From the human T2T-CHM13v2.0 reference genome, Homo sapiens, in NCBI RefSeq assembly GCF_009914755.1, contig NC_060933.1: a stretch of DNA of 64,000 nucleotides; one strand, given 5' to 3'. Below, piece by piece: positions 1 to 17,963 of the stretch (position 1 is the stretch's first letter; each line of letters begins with the position of its first letter). Made by a program: the position numbers and the translations under genes. Under the pieces are notes generated by a model. It was not told the origin of the DNA. It did not search any database and worked only from the letters and a program-made list of their open reading frames with translations.

Positions 1-319
1 AGGACTCTGATCAGTTTTTGCTGATTTCATGGTCCTTTCTGTGGCCTGAGGTGGTGTGGGGAGTTACAGTTGTCCAACCGCACTAGAGCGGAATAGGTGG
101 AGAAGGGGAGACTCCATCCTCATTCCAATGGGGAGTGCTGTTCCCAGAAAGAGGGAGGAGTGCTAGGCAGACAAAAGGTAACTGCTCATTACAGCCAAAG
201 AGCATTGATTAGCACAGATTCCTGTCTGAAGAGAAAGCCAAGTCTTGCATTCATCCACTTTTGATGTCTTCGTCCACAGCCACCCCTTCTAGGTCAGGAC
301 ATCATAGGTTTTCCTCATC

Positions 320-550
320 ATCAGCATCATATTTATTTAGTGAGCACCAGCTATATGCTAGGCACCAGACCAGGTAATCGTATATTATCTCATGTATTTC
401 TACAATAATCCTATGAGGCAGAAATTCTTTTCCTACTTTGTCAAGGTTCGGCCACATTAAATAATTTACCCAAGGTCACATACCTAGTAAGTGGAGAATC
501 TGCAATTTAAGTCCTAGTCTGACTTCAGAGCCTGTCTTCTTTCTGCTACC
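320..550 (-). mobile_element. MIR SINE fragment
   Basis: MIR core-like text such as AATAATCCTATGAGGCAG and AATTTACCCAAGGTCACATACCTAGTAAGTGG; boundaries approximate. Confidence 0.65.
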
Positions 551-1309
551 TTATTACTGCTTAGGATTTGGGCAGCTCTAGGATGAGAAATACTCCTAAT
601 AACAATATGTAATTGAACTCAAAGACTTTTGCCCTCCAACCACGCCCTCTAAAATCTCCACTGGAAATTCTCTGTCTGTGATGATTTGTGAACATGTTTT
701 ATGAAAGCTCCAGGCATAAGGAACATCGTTTGGAACAGGTTTGGAACAAACAACTCTTTAAGCCCGTTTACCAGTCTAAATCTGAAGGTGGTCATAGTTG
801 GCTAACTGGCAAAATGAGTGGGCGATGAACCACACTGATTATTCATTTTGATGGAACCAATTATGGTGTCCATGATTATTATTTTTTTAGAGTGTTTGAA
901 AAAACAAGCTGAAGAAATGCCATAAAAATCTGTTATGTTCCCAGGAGAATGTTCTGTGTTTATCTCTAGGCCACAACAGAGTCTCAATTTTAGTTGACAA
1001 TAAAATAGTAAGAAGAATAATGGCAATAGTAATGTCCATAGTCTGCCACTGGTTCTTATTTTCCTCCAGTAGTGAAATGCATGAAAATAAGGTAAATTTT
1101 AATGTTATTTTGAATAAAAGAATCAAGATATCCTACAACCTCTTAGTGTAATATGTAAAGATTAACTTAGTGTTTTAGTTTCAGAATGAGTGAAGTTGAT
1201 TCCTCTTATAACATTGAAAGTAATGATGAGTGTATCATTCATCCGTTGAATATTTTTCTGCCCCTGTGAGGAAAAGATATTGTATGTGGGGGAAACCTGC
1301 GTGAAGGAT

Positions 1310-1570
1310 TGCCTGGGTTAGTATTTGCTAAGGGATTAGAACAGAGCCTGGCACACAGTGAGAACTATAAATGTTGGTTAAATTAAACTATAGTGCTTGG
1401 AAGTTTATGAGCCCTTGCATATATGATACACTTTTTAATTCTTGCAACAACCGTGGGAGTTGGTATAACAGTGATGATTATTCCCACTTTACAGATGAAG
1501 AAAATGTCATACAGAGAAGTTAAAGGACTTGCTTAAGGTCACCCAGCTAGTAACTAAAAGGGATTAATTT
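1310..1570. mobile_element. MIR fragments
   Basis: AGAACAGAGCCTGGCACACAG, then CCCACTTTACAGATGAAGAAA...GACTTGCTTAAGGTCACCCAGCTAGTAA. Confidence 0.6.
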
Positions 1571-2098
1571 ATAATTCAGGATTCTATTTCCCTTTTTGGT
1601 GCTCAGGCCACTTGATCAGCAGTAGCCAAGATTTGGTTTTCATGGACCAGTTTAACAATTGGGGAAAATTATGCAGCTTATTCCTCATTTCTCGTCTTCC
1701 CTCATTTCATTCTGGACCCATCCCTGGCCTGCTCTGTGTCCAAGAGGCTGACCTGTGGGCTGTACCAGCTCCTTGCAGGCTGGCTTCCAGTTGACCAGTG
1801 GGGGTCCCTGGCAGGAGACTGAGTAGTGACAGGAGAGAAACTCTGCTGCAGTGTGGCATGTCAGGGGTAGTGATACTCCTTCAAAGTTATGGCTTCTGCT
1901 GGTGGCCCCTTCTCCATGGCTCCAGCACTCACCAGCCTTCAGTGACACAATTTTCTCCCCTTGACCCTTCTGGGCATCTCATTGCCCTTGTTTATTCTCC
2001 CACCCCTCCCAGCTTTGTGAGTGGTTCTTTCATTAAAGTCTCTCTATTTGAACCATCTGGGGTGAATTCTGTTTCCTGCTGAGACCCTGACTGTTACA
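1570..2098 (+). mobile_element. Old ERVL-type solo LTR (LTR33-like)
   Basis: Resembles LTR33 (CTGCTCTGTGTCCAAGAGGCTGACC...GGCTTCCAGTTG). Has an ATTAAA poly(A) signal and the ERVL-type end TTCCTGCTGAGACCCTGACTGTTACA. Confidence 0.6.
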
Positions 2099-2509
2099 AA
2101 GACCAATATTGACTTGCTTATTTTTAGATGCCAAGTAAGGGCATAAACAAATAAGCAAGACCCAAACAAAACTGCTGTCTACTACCACTCTATTTATCTT
2201 ACTAAATGAAGATATTTTAGCACCGAAGAAAGGAAGAAGGGAATAATTGTAGAAAATCTAACTATATTACTTTATTCTTATTTTATTATGACCTACATAA
2301 AAAGTAAAACCTTTATTAGAAATTGGATGTGGTCAATGAGCCAATGTTTGGAAGTAAATGGGTGTGCTCACTTGATCACTCCAGCAATTTGTTCCCCTGA
2401 TATTTAACGAAGTTAGAGATCCTAATACATTATACATGCAGTGCCCAATACTTACAGTGCACTTACGGAGTTCCATAAATGCTCCATGGGCTTTTTTTCA
2501 ACAAAGCTG

Positions 2510-3190
2510 CATTGAACATCTATTCTGTGTCCTCGCCAAAGCTGGGAATATACTGATATATAAGACATAATCCCTCCTGCCATCACAGTCTACTTAGGGG
2601 GAAAGACAAGAGGCAATTGTAACATATTGAGAACAATGCTAGGAAACAGGTCAGCAGAGGGCTGAAGGAGCATATCACAGAGACAGCAACTAATTTGGGG
2701 GGCTTTAGGGGTGGGTGCTGATGTCTAGACCAGGTAGTGTGTGACCGGAAGCTCTGAAGCATTATAGGAGCTGCCTAATGGACAAGGGAAAGGGCATTTC
2801 CAGCAAAAAGCCTGGCTTGAATGAAGGCATGGGTACGTGGCAGAATATGGTACCCGTGGGAGTGTGTCTTGAAATTAACTTGGGGAGGCTGAATTTTAGG
2901 GTTGAAAGTGAGTTGCAGAAGGGAGCCAGAGGATGAGGGAACTTTAGATTCAGTAGAGATTTATTTTTCATCCTGAAGGCGGATGTAGTTTATTGGAAGT
3001 TTAAAATTTTTTTTTTTTTAAGTAAGGGATGTAACATGGTCAGATTGGCATTTTACAAAGATCGCTAGTTGTCACTGAAGAGATAAATTGGAGGGGACTG
3101 AGATTAGGCATTCAGATTCCAGTTACAATGTTACTGCAATGGGTTAGAACATTTAAAAAAGTAAGGTTCTTGATTAAAGTGACAGAGTAG
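2510..3190 (-). mobile_element. L2 LINE fragment
   Basis: L2 3'-end reverse-complement style (ATTGAACATCTATTCTGTG, CATGGTCAGATTGGCATTTTACAAAGATC). Confidence 0.55.
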
Positions 3191-5044
3191 TTGTGATATT
3201 CCTAGTGCAAATCCCCTCAAATCCACCTGCTGATCAAGGGGGAGGTCAGGGAGAGGCTTCCTTTGAACTTTCTTCTTAGCTTTAGCCTCCAATCTGCCAC
3301 CTAGTAACCCCAGACCCCACTAGTCTGTGAAAGGCAGCAATTAAGAAGTTCCCACCCTCTCATGAGTGTTTGGATTTGCATGGAGTTAGGAATCTCACGA
3401 ATGCTATGCTTTTACAAAGTAGTGCACTGGTGAAATAAAAGGCAGACTTTATATACCAGGAAGTATCCCTGGGCAAGTGCCACTTCCTTTGGTGACTACT
3501 TTGTCTGTGTGTTTATATAATGAGGGCCCGAGGTTTTGGGAAATCTCTGCTCCGTGTGTGTGTGTTTCCTATTCTCCCCATGTCCTCTTGCCTGCTATCA
3601 CCTTGGAAAATGAAACCTTGTTTGCCATCTGCTTAGGAGCAAACCTTCCCATCGCAAAGTTGGACTCAGTGAATTTTCAGATACTGCTATGTGATTGGGG
3701 CTACATTTCTCTGGCCTTTTTGTCAGGTTTTTCATTCTAAAACAATGAAAATTTTATACACACACACTGATCATTTTTATGAGCTCTGTAGCATGGGGAG
3801 TTTCAGTTTTATTTATCACATGTATCACTTTGTCTATGTCTTTATATATGTATTTTAGAAATTTTCTTAGTAGTTCCATGGGAAACGGAATCCTGGTTTA
3901 CGTAAGGTAAACTCCAGCATCTTTCTTTATTGAGAGTGAAGCATTGGGCAGGTTACTTAACCTCTCTGAGACTCAGTATCATTATGCGTAAAATGAAAGT
4001 GTCTTATAAACTCTAAAGTGCATCCTGAAAACTATTGCTTTTGTTATTATTATTAATAACACAGTTTGAATATATTTCAAATGTCAGGGTAACCTTTGTA
4101 AATCTTTCTTACTGTGGTTATAGTGAATCTAGACGGCTCTTAGAGATATCAAATCTGGTATTTTTTTTAGGTGAATATAAGAGGAACTACTCTCAACTGA
4201 GGACAGAGTATTTGTTGATTTATGTGTTTAAGTTCTTGAGAAATTTCTACTGTAGTTTCTGCCTATAGCTAGCTACTGTTATTAATAATTTATTATGAAA
4301 AACAAAAACTTTTTAAAGTGCTTGCTTGACTGCTGATACTGCATTTTCACATGATCAGCTAAACTCATCTTCACAATTACCACGAGGGTGAATTTAGATG
4401 ACCACCGTTATTCCCATTTTACAGATGAAGAAATGATCTTGAATTCCAGCCCTGGCTGACCTTGTTGACTTCAACATCCTTGCTGACATCCCTTCCCAGA
4501 GGCTAGTTTCACAGTTCCTCAGCCTCTTGAAATCTGTGACCTTCAGCTATACTCCATACATCAAATCTTTTAAGCTAGAAAAAAAAATCGAATTTTAGCC
4601 ATTCAGAACAGGAAGTGCCCTTATCGATCATTTAATTCAACCCTATCATTTTTCAGATAGGGTGACAGAAGAAGGGACTTGACCAAGTGAGTTATTAGCA
4701 GAGCAGAGAATAGATCCCAAGTGTCTTTTTTCTGTTTGGGGATTCTTTTTGCTGCACCACTGCATCTTCCCAGACAGACTCCTTGTCTTATTATCAGCAT
4801 TAGCGTGCAACCACGTACATAAGACATACCCAAGGTGGGGGCTACTGTGAACTTGAATCAAAACATGTGAGGTTTAGCTTCAATGTGGAGAATATTTTCA
4901 TGCTTCTACTTTCTTCCTGTTTGATATTTATAGAAAAACAATTCAGAGACTTCATTCTAATTTACGTTAGTCCACAAGATTTTCTTAACCAGATAAGCAT
5001 TATTTGAACTTACTCTCTAGGAACTTAAGACTAGAATGATTTCA

Positions 5045-6090
5045 GTTCAATTTGAGATACATTTATTGGAGGCCTACATGTTAGGTACTGAAAACACAGG
5101 TACAGTGCCTGTGTTTTCCAGAAACTTACACACCTGGAGCAGAGAGACAGATGTCAGGAGTTAAATGCAATACAAGGTGAGAAGAGGGGTAGCAGAGGTA
5201 TGCATACAGTGTTCAGTACTGCATGGGTGCCGAGAGGGAGGGGTCACCCTGGCCTAGAGAGGCCAGGTATGAATCACAGAAGAGGTGACTCTCTTAAACC
5301 AAATTTTAAGGGTAAATAAATGTTTCCCAGATAATTGAGCTAGTAGTGGTGCTGATGAGGGATCATGGAGGTGAGGATTGTGATGTATCCGTTGGCTTGT
5401 GCAATATGGAGTTCACAGGTGTTCTTGGTGAGAGTGTCTAGGGTTGAGTTGAAGAGTGAATGATAGAATCTAAGCACAGTGAAAGTGGACAACTCTTTCT
5501 AGACACTTGGTTATAAAAAGAGGGAAGGAGAGGGTGGTAGCTACTAGATAGGGATATGGGAAAGGGAGGGACATTAAAGTTAGGAGACACTTGCTCATGC
5601 TTCCCAGGAGTAAAGGAAGGATCCAGGAGAAAGAAGGATCTGGACCATCACAGACTGAAGGACCACTGGTGGAAAGGAATAAGATGAAGAACAATCAGGA
5701 GGAATGTGCCTGGAGCAGCAGGAGGAACATATCTTCCTTGGGCACTGCAGGGAGAAGTTCAAGAGGGAGTGGGTGAGTCAGATGGTTGTTGGTGTAGACG
5801 AAAGAGGATCAAGAAATTCAGGCTGGCTCACTTGTTTTATCTGTTGAATATTGTCTGTGAGATCATCTGAAGGAGAGGGATGAAGGGAAGACATAGGGGG
5901 CTTGAAGTGAGTGGAGAGGTTTGGAGCCACCATTGAAGGGGCAAAGAAGGAACTGGCCACAGATGACTAAGAGCAATGCCTGTTAAGTCACACTAAGGGC
6001 TCAGCTGATGTTAAAGAGCTCAGACCTCTCCTGGCAACAATCTAAAGAGCTGTGGCACCATCCTGGATGCCACTGTGGATGGTGTCTAGG
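5045..6090 (-). mobile_element. L2 LINE fragments
   Basis: ATACATTTATTGGAGGCCTAC start and purine-rich L2-like body (GTGGACAACTCTTTCTAG). Confidence 0.5.
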
Positions 6091-6599
6091 GTGAAGGTTT
6101 TGTTGTTCTGTTAGGGTCTCTATAAATTTGTATGTTTGGTTTAGGGTTTTATCAGTGTTATTTTCTGAACACTTGATTTCTTATCTCTGTTTTCAATTTT
6201 TTAAAAATTTCCATAGGTTATTGGGGAGCAAGTGGTGTTTGGTTACATGAGTAAATTCTTTAGTGCTGATTTGTGAGATTTTGGTGCACCCATCACCCAC
6301 ACAGTATATACTGCACCCTGTTTGTAGTATTTTATCCCTCACCCCCCCGCCACTCTTACCCCAAGTTCCCAGAGTCTCTTGTATCATTCTTATGCCTTTG
6401 TGTCCTCATAGCTTAGCTCCCACATATCAGTGAGAACATACAAGGTTTGGTTTTCCATTCCTGAGTTACTTTACATAGAATACTAGTCTCCAATCTCATC
6501 CAGGTTGCTGTGAATGCCATTAATTCATTCCTTTTTATGGCTGAGTAGTAGTTCATCATATATCAATCGTTGATTGATGGGCATTTGGGTTGGTTCCAC

Positions 6600-10544
<3,945 letters not shown>

Positions 10545-10623
10545 TCATCATACCATTTGTTGCCTGTATACCCTGGTTTTTTGTTTTTTAAATTGTATGT
10601 TTGTTTTATAGGTCCTGTGAGAT

Positions 10624-11640
10624 TTATGTTTTAAAGAGGTTCTGTTTTGATGTGTCTCCAGGATTTGTTTCAAGATTTAGAGCTCCTTTGAGCAGTTCTT
10701 GTAGTGGTGCCTTGGTAGTGGCAAATTCTCTTAGCATTTGTTTGTCTGAAAAAGACTGTATCTTTCCTTCACATATGAAACTTAGTTTTACTGGATACAA
10801 AATTCTTGGCTGATAATTGTTTTGTTTGAGGAGGCTGAATATAGGGCGCCAATCCCCTCTAACGTGTAGGGTTTCTGCTGAGAAATCGGCCGTTAATCTG
10901 ATAAGTTTTCCTTTATAGGTTACTTGGTGCTTCTGTCTCATAGCTCTTAAGATTCTTTCCTTCATCTTAACTTTAGATAACCTGATGACAATGTGGCTAG
11001 GCGATGATCTTTTTTTGATGAATTTCCCAGGTGCTCTTTGTGCTTCTTGTATTTGGATGTCTAGGTCTCTAGCAAGGCTGGGGAAGTTTTCCTCGATTGT
11101 TCCCCCAAATACGTTTTCCAAGCTTTTATATTTCTCTTCCTCAGGAACACCAATTATTCTTAGGTTTGGTCATTTAACATAATCCCAGACCTCTTGGAGG
11201 CTTTGTTCGTATTTTCTTATTCTTTTTCTTTGTCTTTGTTGGATTAGGTTAATTTGAAGACCTTGTCTTTGAGCTCTGAATTTCTTTCTTCTACTTGTTC
11301 AGCTATATTGCTGAGACTTTCCAGTTCATTTTGCATTTCTATAATGTGTCCATTGTTTCCTGAAGTTTTGATTGTTTTTCAATTATGCTATCTATTTTCT
11401 TGAATATTTCTCCCTTCACTTCTTGTATCATTTTTTGGATTTTCTTACACTGGGCTTCACCTTTCTCTGGTGCCTCCCTGATTAGCTTAATAACTAACCT
11501 CCTGAATTCTATTTCAGGTAAATCAGGGATTTCTTCTTGGTTTGGGTCCGTTGCTGGTGAACTAGTGTGATTTTTTGGAGGTATTAGAAACCTTGTTTTT
11601 TCATATTACCAGAGTTAGTTTCTGGTTCCTTCTCATTTGA
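10624..11640 (-). pseudogene. L1 ORF1p remnant
   Basis: ORF 10624-11121 (ENFPSLARDLDIQIQEAQR...YQPRILYPVKLSF...REFATTKAPLQELLK) matches the ORF1p RRM/CTD; the N-terminal boundary is approximate. Confidence 0.88.
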
Positions 11641-13019
11641 GTAGGCTCTATCAGAGGGAAGGTCTAGGGCTGAAGGCTGTTTGTCAGATTCTTTTGTTCC
11701 ACAGCGTGGCCAGAGCTGTAGTGATTGTTGCCTCTTTTCTGGATCTGGCCACTCTGTATAGACAACCCCCAGTACCAGCCCGGAGCCTGGTAGACTTGGT
11801 GCTTCTCATGTACTACTGCTACCACCATGATGCTGTCCACTAAAGAACACTTTTTGGTACTGGGGGTTGTCTGTACAGAGTCCTGTGTTGTGAACCATCT
11901 GTCAGTCTCTCAGCCATGGATACAAGCACACTATTTGGGTTGTCTCCTGGGTCCTACAGGAGCAATCCGCTTCCTTCAGGGAATCTGTGGGTCCTCTCAG
12001 GTTTCCCGATTTATGCCTGCAGTCATTCTGGAGTAAAAATTCATGATAGGCGCCTCCACATGCTACTCTGTTCATCTAAGTCAGAGCCACAATGTATTCC
12101 TGCCTCCCATCTGCCATGATCACCTCCCTCACTTTTGATTCTTCATCTCTTGATTCCTCTCCAGATGCTTTTATGATTCTACAAATCAGGGTTGCCCAGG
12201 ACAAGGATAACAGCAAGAAATATCTCAAATTCCCTCTGAAAGCTCTAGGATCTAATTAGCACTTATATGGAAAAGTCACATTCCTAATAAAAATAAGATG
12301 CAGAAACCTCCAAGTTGGCACTGTAAGAAGAATTTCTTAAAAAGGAAAGAAAAATGAATTAAGAAATCCCAGCCTTTCTTTCCAAGCTTCACCCTCCTCC
12401 TGGCGCTTCTCACATACTACTGCTGCAACCATGATGCACGAAAGAACACTTTCTGCCTTTAACATTTGTGGTAAGTATCTAGGTAAAAGACTCATCCACT
12501 TGTCCAGCTGCATTGTACAACACCAGTTGCATGGAGACAGAAAGGGGAAAATAAAGAGAGGATTTGTGAATTTAGATCTTCATTTAAGCTACACATTTCT
12601 AGCTTAAAGTACCCATAGGAGTTTCTGCCTTCCTTTCTTTCTCTCTCCCTTTGCAGACAGGACACCCTTTTATCATCCACCTTTCAGGAGAGCAGCTGCA
12701 GACATCTCTACCTCTTAACATTAGATCCAGAGAGAGAAGTGAAACTCTGTCTCCTGCCTACCTAGAACCCACCGTCATAGTTCTCATTTCTTTCCTGAGG
12801 AACAACTTTCTTCTACAGGTGGCTTCATCTTTGGGGATATCCCTATACTTAGCCATGAATGAGCAGCCTTCTTTATAGGTCTCAATCAGATAATGGTAAC
12901 AACCTACAGCACAGTGACTCCAATGGTCAAAGAACAAGATTCACACACGAAGAACTTTTGTCTTTATAACAAGCATGATAGAGATATAGTAGCAGAAACA
13001 GCAACAAAATTATTTTTAG

Positions 13020-13420
13020 TTACATTTCTTAGACAACTATTATGTGTTCTATGATTTATAAATGTTATCTTCAATCCTTATATAAACTTGTTGGGAAGAA
13101 TATTATCTCATTTTAAGGATGTAAAAATGAAGTTCTGAGAGATAAAGTCTAGGTCACAGAGCAAGTAAGATGTGTCTGTTCCCTGCATTGCCAGCCAGCC
13201 CTGTATCACCCTTGATTCTAGATTGCATGCTCAAGTTAATCAGAATCCAGCCATACTGCCATTTACTCACTATGAGACCTTGGGCATAGGTTGCTTCCAT
13301 GCCTTCTACCTCAGCTTCCTCATCTGTACAATAGGGTACTAAAAGTACCTATATCATAGGACTAGAGTGAGAGTTAAATAGAAAACGTTCCATATAAGTT
13401 TGCTATTATTATCATTATTA
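13020..13420. mobile_element. MIR fragments (two, opposite orientations)
   Basis: TATTATCTCATTTTAAGGATG...GGTCACAGAGCAAGTAA and ACCTCAGCTTCCTCATCTGTACAATAGGG. Confidence 0.55.
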
Positions 13421-14458
13421 GAGCAAGCTAATTTGTTTCCATCTTGCTTTCCTGTCTGGATTTTAAAATCACCTTGTTCCCATTGTAAGAAACATGCAGA
13501 AAATACCTCTAATTTAGTTTTAGATGGAGCATTTTGGTCTAGAGACATATTTTAATCAGGGAGGCAAGGGTCATCTCTTTAACTTTCATTTTGCCCTTTT
13601 ACAGAGCTTGAGCATGCTCAGAGGGTAAATAGAAACCTCTTCGGCTAATTTTTGGAAGGAAATGCCACAGCCAAATGATGAGGATGATGTGGGGACTGAT
13701 CCTCCCTTTCAGCCAGGATAGTTGGTTCTGATAAAAAAAAACACTTAGAGCTCTATCATTTATCTAGTATTTTAAAAAATCTATATGTTATTAAATGCTC
13801 ACAGATTTTTAGTTATTATTCTAATTTTAAGGGTATGAAAACTGAGACTTATTCCATATCTACAAATAGCCAAGACTTGATCAAGGTCCCCTGATTCCAC
13901 ATCCTGTACTCTTTGTACTCTCACTTACTGGGTAGAAATTAAATGGGAAAGCTAATTTTCCCTTGAGGTCATGGAGACACAATCTGGCTACTCAGTGGTT
14001 TCCTTGTTCAAGGGTTAAGAGAAATGCTGGCCAGTGTGAAGCTCCTTCCTATATATTTTCCCAAACCTTCACTGGGGACGATGGGTGAAACACAGCCTGC
14101 TTGATTGTTTAGAAACCCACAAGTTTCTAGTAAATACCATACATTTTCTTGAATTTTCCAAATGTGTGGACTCTTGATGGGTTGGAAAAAGTAGCCTTGG
14201 GGTTAAAAAAAACTCCTATCCTTCTACCCCTTATTACTCCCTTTGAGTTTTACAGAAGTATCATTTTCAGTTTTAAACTTCCTGATTTTGTAGCATTAAT
14301 AATTTGTTTTGAGTCTATTTATATCTAGTAATTTAGAGTACTTTAGATAAACTTCTAGGATGTTGACTAAAGAAAGAGGGAAATGTGGTTGGAGAAATGA
14401 GTCTGTGGTAAGGGAAGTTTGTAAACCAACACGGGGAAGCTTAAAAATTCTGCAGCCA

Positions 14459-14864
<406 letters not shown>

Positions 14865-16526
14865 TCATCATCTCTTTAATGTCATACTTTCCACCCATCT
14901 CCTCTCTCCCTCCTTTGTAGCACTCTTTCCTTTCCTTCCCTTCTTTTACCTCCTTTCTTTGCTCCAACACCTTGGATATTGAGTTTCTTTTCGATGAGTG
15001 TTCTCTTCAATAAAATAAGCCAATACCTAACAAACAGCATGAAGGAAAGAAAATTGCTTAAGGAGAAAAATACAGTCTTTGTTTAGGAGAAATAGTGATT
15101 TGTTTCCTGGGAGGATTACCAAAAAAGAGGCTCACAACCACTTCTTTGCAGATCAAGGTTGTGTTTCTGCTTACAGATAATTGGAAGCAACGTGTAGGTT
15201 TGAAAAATGACCCATTCCTTCACAGGTGAAACTTAGACTATCCCCCTTCTATCATAATTATCGACAGATTTAGATTGAAGTGATTGTGGAATGCATTGTC
15301 CTTACAGATATTCAGGGACATGATGACGAGTGACTCTGATGAGAATGACTGAAAATGGTACAGTTCACCATCACAGCCCCTGAAAAGGCTGAGATATGCA
15401 AAAGTGCTGGTTTGATCCAAAAGGTATAAATAGCACTCGAAGGGGAAGGCTGAGCAGGGCTTGCAGGCTGCTGTGTTGGAGGAACAATTTGACAGAGACA
15501 GAGCAAGAGGATGATAACTTGCAAAAAGGATAATTTGTCATGATTACCTCTTCCCCCCTCCTCCCTAGAGAGAGTAGCTTTCACCCATTGGAATTCACGT
15601 GTGGGGGAAAAAAGCATTGTAACCAAAAAAAAAAAAATCATTTTATATTTTCCTTTTCTGGGTCTACACTTTGGGTGCATGGAGGCATCACATTGTGAAA
15701 GCTCTGCTAAAAAGATGTGCCATGTTGCAGGATTTCTCTAAGGTTTGAGACATTTTAGTTCCAGTAGCTTCTTCGTTAGGAGGTGCTGCTCCTAGATGCA
15801 AATACTTTGGATTTATTATTGCTTATGCAGTCATCAGACAACCTAGCCACCTCCACCAATTTTGCTACAAATGCATTTGCCCCATAAACTCAAATGGTGC
15901 CAACTGCTATCATGGGTTTGAAGACAAATCCTAAAATTTTTGTAGCAAAAACTTTGAATAGCCTGCCTGCTTTTCCTTTTTAAAATAACATTTACTATTT
16001 TTAAAAATAAAAGTAGCACATATTCAGTGTAGCACTTTTTGAAATATAAAAAAGTGTGAAGATGAAGGAATAGAATATTATTGATAATTCCATCACCCAT
16101 GTGTGAGTATGTTAAGACTCCCTGCGGACCTTGGAGTCTTCTGCCTGATTCACGTTAGATGTGGTTTTCTTTGTTCCACCACTCCTCTTCTCTTCTCTGC
16201 TCATAGTTGCCCTTTCTCTCATGTCTCCTGTCTCCTTTTGTGTCTGTGATTTTGGCTCATTGACTCTGCCTTTGGGGTACTCACTTGCTTCCTTTGGAAA
16301 CTTCACTGGGGGAGCATGGTGATACTTTCTTTACACCAAAACCTGATGGGCCACGGGAATGTTTTACAGAAAATCAGCTCCATCAATTTCCGTATGTAAA
16401 GTTGCTCTAGAGCAGCGTTTGGAGATTTCTACCCTGTGGTAAGAAAATGCCTCCCCAAATCCATCACTCTGGGAGATGAGGGTGGGTTACGATGGCAAGC
16501 CCTGGTGGAAGGAATAGGGCTGAAAC

Positions 16527-16660
16527 CAGGGTTGCCAGATTTAGCAAATAAAAATATAGGATGCCCAAATGTTTTCTGAGGCATACTTATATTAAAGAAA
16601 ATTTTGTTGATCTGAAATTCAAATGAACTGGGCACCCAGTCTTTTGTCTATCAAACTCTA
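16527..16660. mobile_element. MER53-like hAT DNA transposon (internally deleted MITE)
   Basis: CAGGGTTGCCAGATTTAGCAAATAAAAATA...ATCTGAAATTCAAAT with an 8-bp TSD GCTGAAAC/GCTGAAAT typical of hAT. Confidence 0.75.
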
Positions 16661-16879
16661 GCTGAAATAGTAGTTAAAATTCCAGAAAGGCAAGGGATTA
16701 TGGAACAGAAAAAGGTGACTAGGGAAGGTGGCCTCATCTCACTTCAGTGCATTCATGGGAGCCTTGTTCCTTTCTAGACATGGATGGCCCCACCCACCAG
16801 GCCTAAGTCTGACCTGTACTCTCCTTTCTCTACTCTCAAATGGTCAGCTTCTGATGGGGATTCTGATGCCTTAAAACTC

Positions 16880-17230
16880 TTTATCCACCATTGCCTCCAT
16901 CCCTGTCCAGTTCAGGCCTTTGCCGGTGGTCACCGGGACCACTGTGATGCCTTCCTAGACCAGCCTCTAATATGAACAAAATGAAAGCTCCTCCAACGCA
17001 GCTTTTACAATGCTGCTGAGAGCTCTTTCTAAATGTAAATCTAGGGAAGTCCACTCCCTCTGCTTAAAACCTTTCAAAACGTTCCCAATGCTCTTAAAGT
17101 CTCCACTCTAGAAAGCCTGACCAGGCTTTCCTGATATGGCCTCTGTCCTCCTCTTCACCCTCATGCTAGGTTTCCCCTTATTCCTTTACATTCATCCTAA
17201 TTTTCCCTCCAGTTCTCTGAATAAAATGTG
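16880..17230 (+). mobile_element. L2 fragment
   Basis: CACTCCCTCTGCTTAAAACCTTTCAA-type L2 3' region. Confidence 0.55.
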
Positions 17231-17578
17231 TTCTTCTTGGATTGTAGACATTGTACATTAAAAAAAAAATTCACTCAAAAAGCATTCATTTCTTCTCTAC
17301 CAAGTGCCATTTGTAGAGGCGAACAAGATGTGGTTCCTATCCTCATGTAGGTCTAGGCCAGGACTCAGCACTCAGGTATATAGGGGCTGGGACGGCCATA
17401 CTGTGAGGGAAAAGAGTGGGTGAAACATGGTTTTCTTGCTCTATCCTACCTTTTTCCACTTTTGGTAGAAACATGAACGTAAGAAACATTTTGTTTTTCC
17501 TTGAGCTGTACTATTAGAAAGACAATAGCACAAGCTTAATGATAAGTGGAGCTGACCAAGGCCTCACTGCTAGGGGCA

Positions 17579-17963
17579 TGTCTTAGTCCATTCTGGACTC
17601 TGTAACAAAGTACCTTAGACTGGGTAATTTATAAATAATAGGAGTTTATTGCTCATAGTTCTGGAGGCTGGGAAGTTCAAGATCGAGGGGCCGGCTGCTT
17701 TCATGTCTGCTCCTCATAGATGGAAACTTTTTGCTGTGTACTCATGTGACAGGAGAGATGAACAGTGTCCTCACATGGTAGAAGGAGAAACGGGGCTCCC
17801 TAAGGCTCCTTGTATAAGGGCACTAATCCCATTCATGAGGGCTCTGCCCTCATAACTTGGTGGCCCCAAAGGCCCTCACCTCTTACCATTCTCATATTAA
17901 TAATAATTAATTGCCATTAAGTTTTGACATATGAACTTGGGGGGATATATTCAGACCATAGGA
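17579..17963 (-). mobile_element. MaLR solo LTR (MSTC/MSTD/MLT1A-like)
   Basis: TGTCTTAGTCCATT...TTCTGGAGGCTGGGAAGTTCAAGATC...ATTCAGACCATAG with 5-bp TSD GGGCA/AGGCA. Confidence 0.85.
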
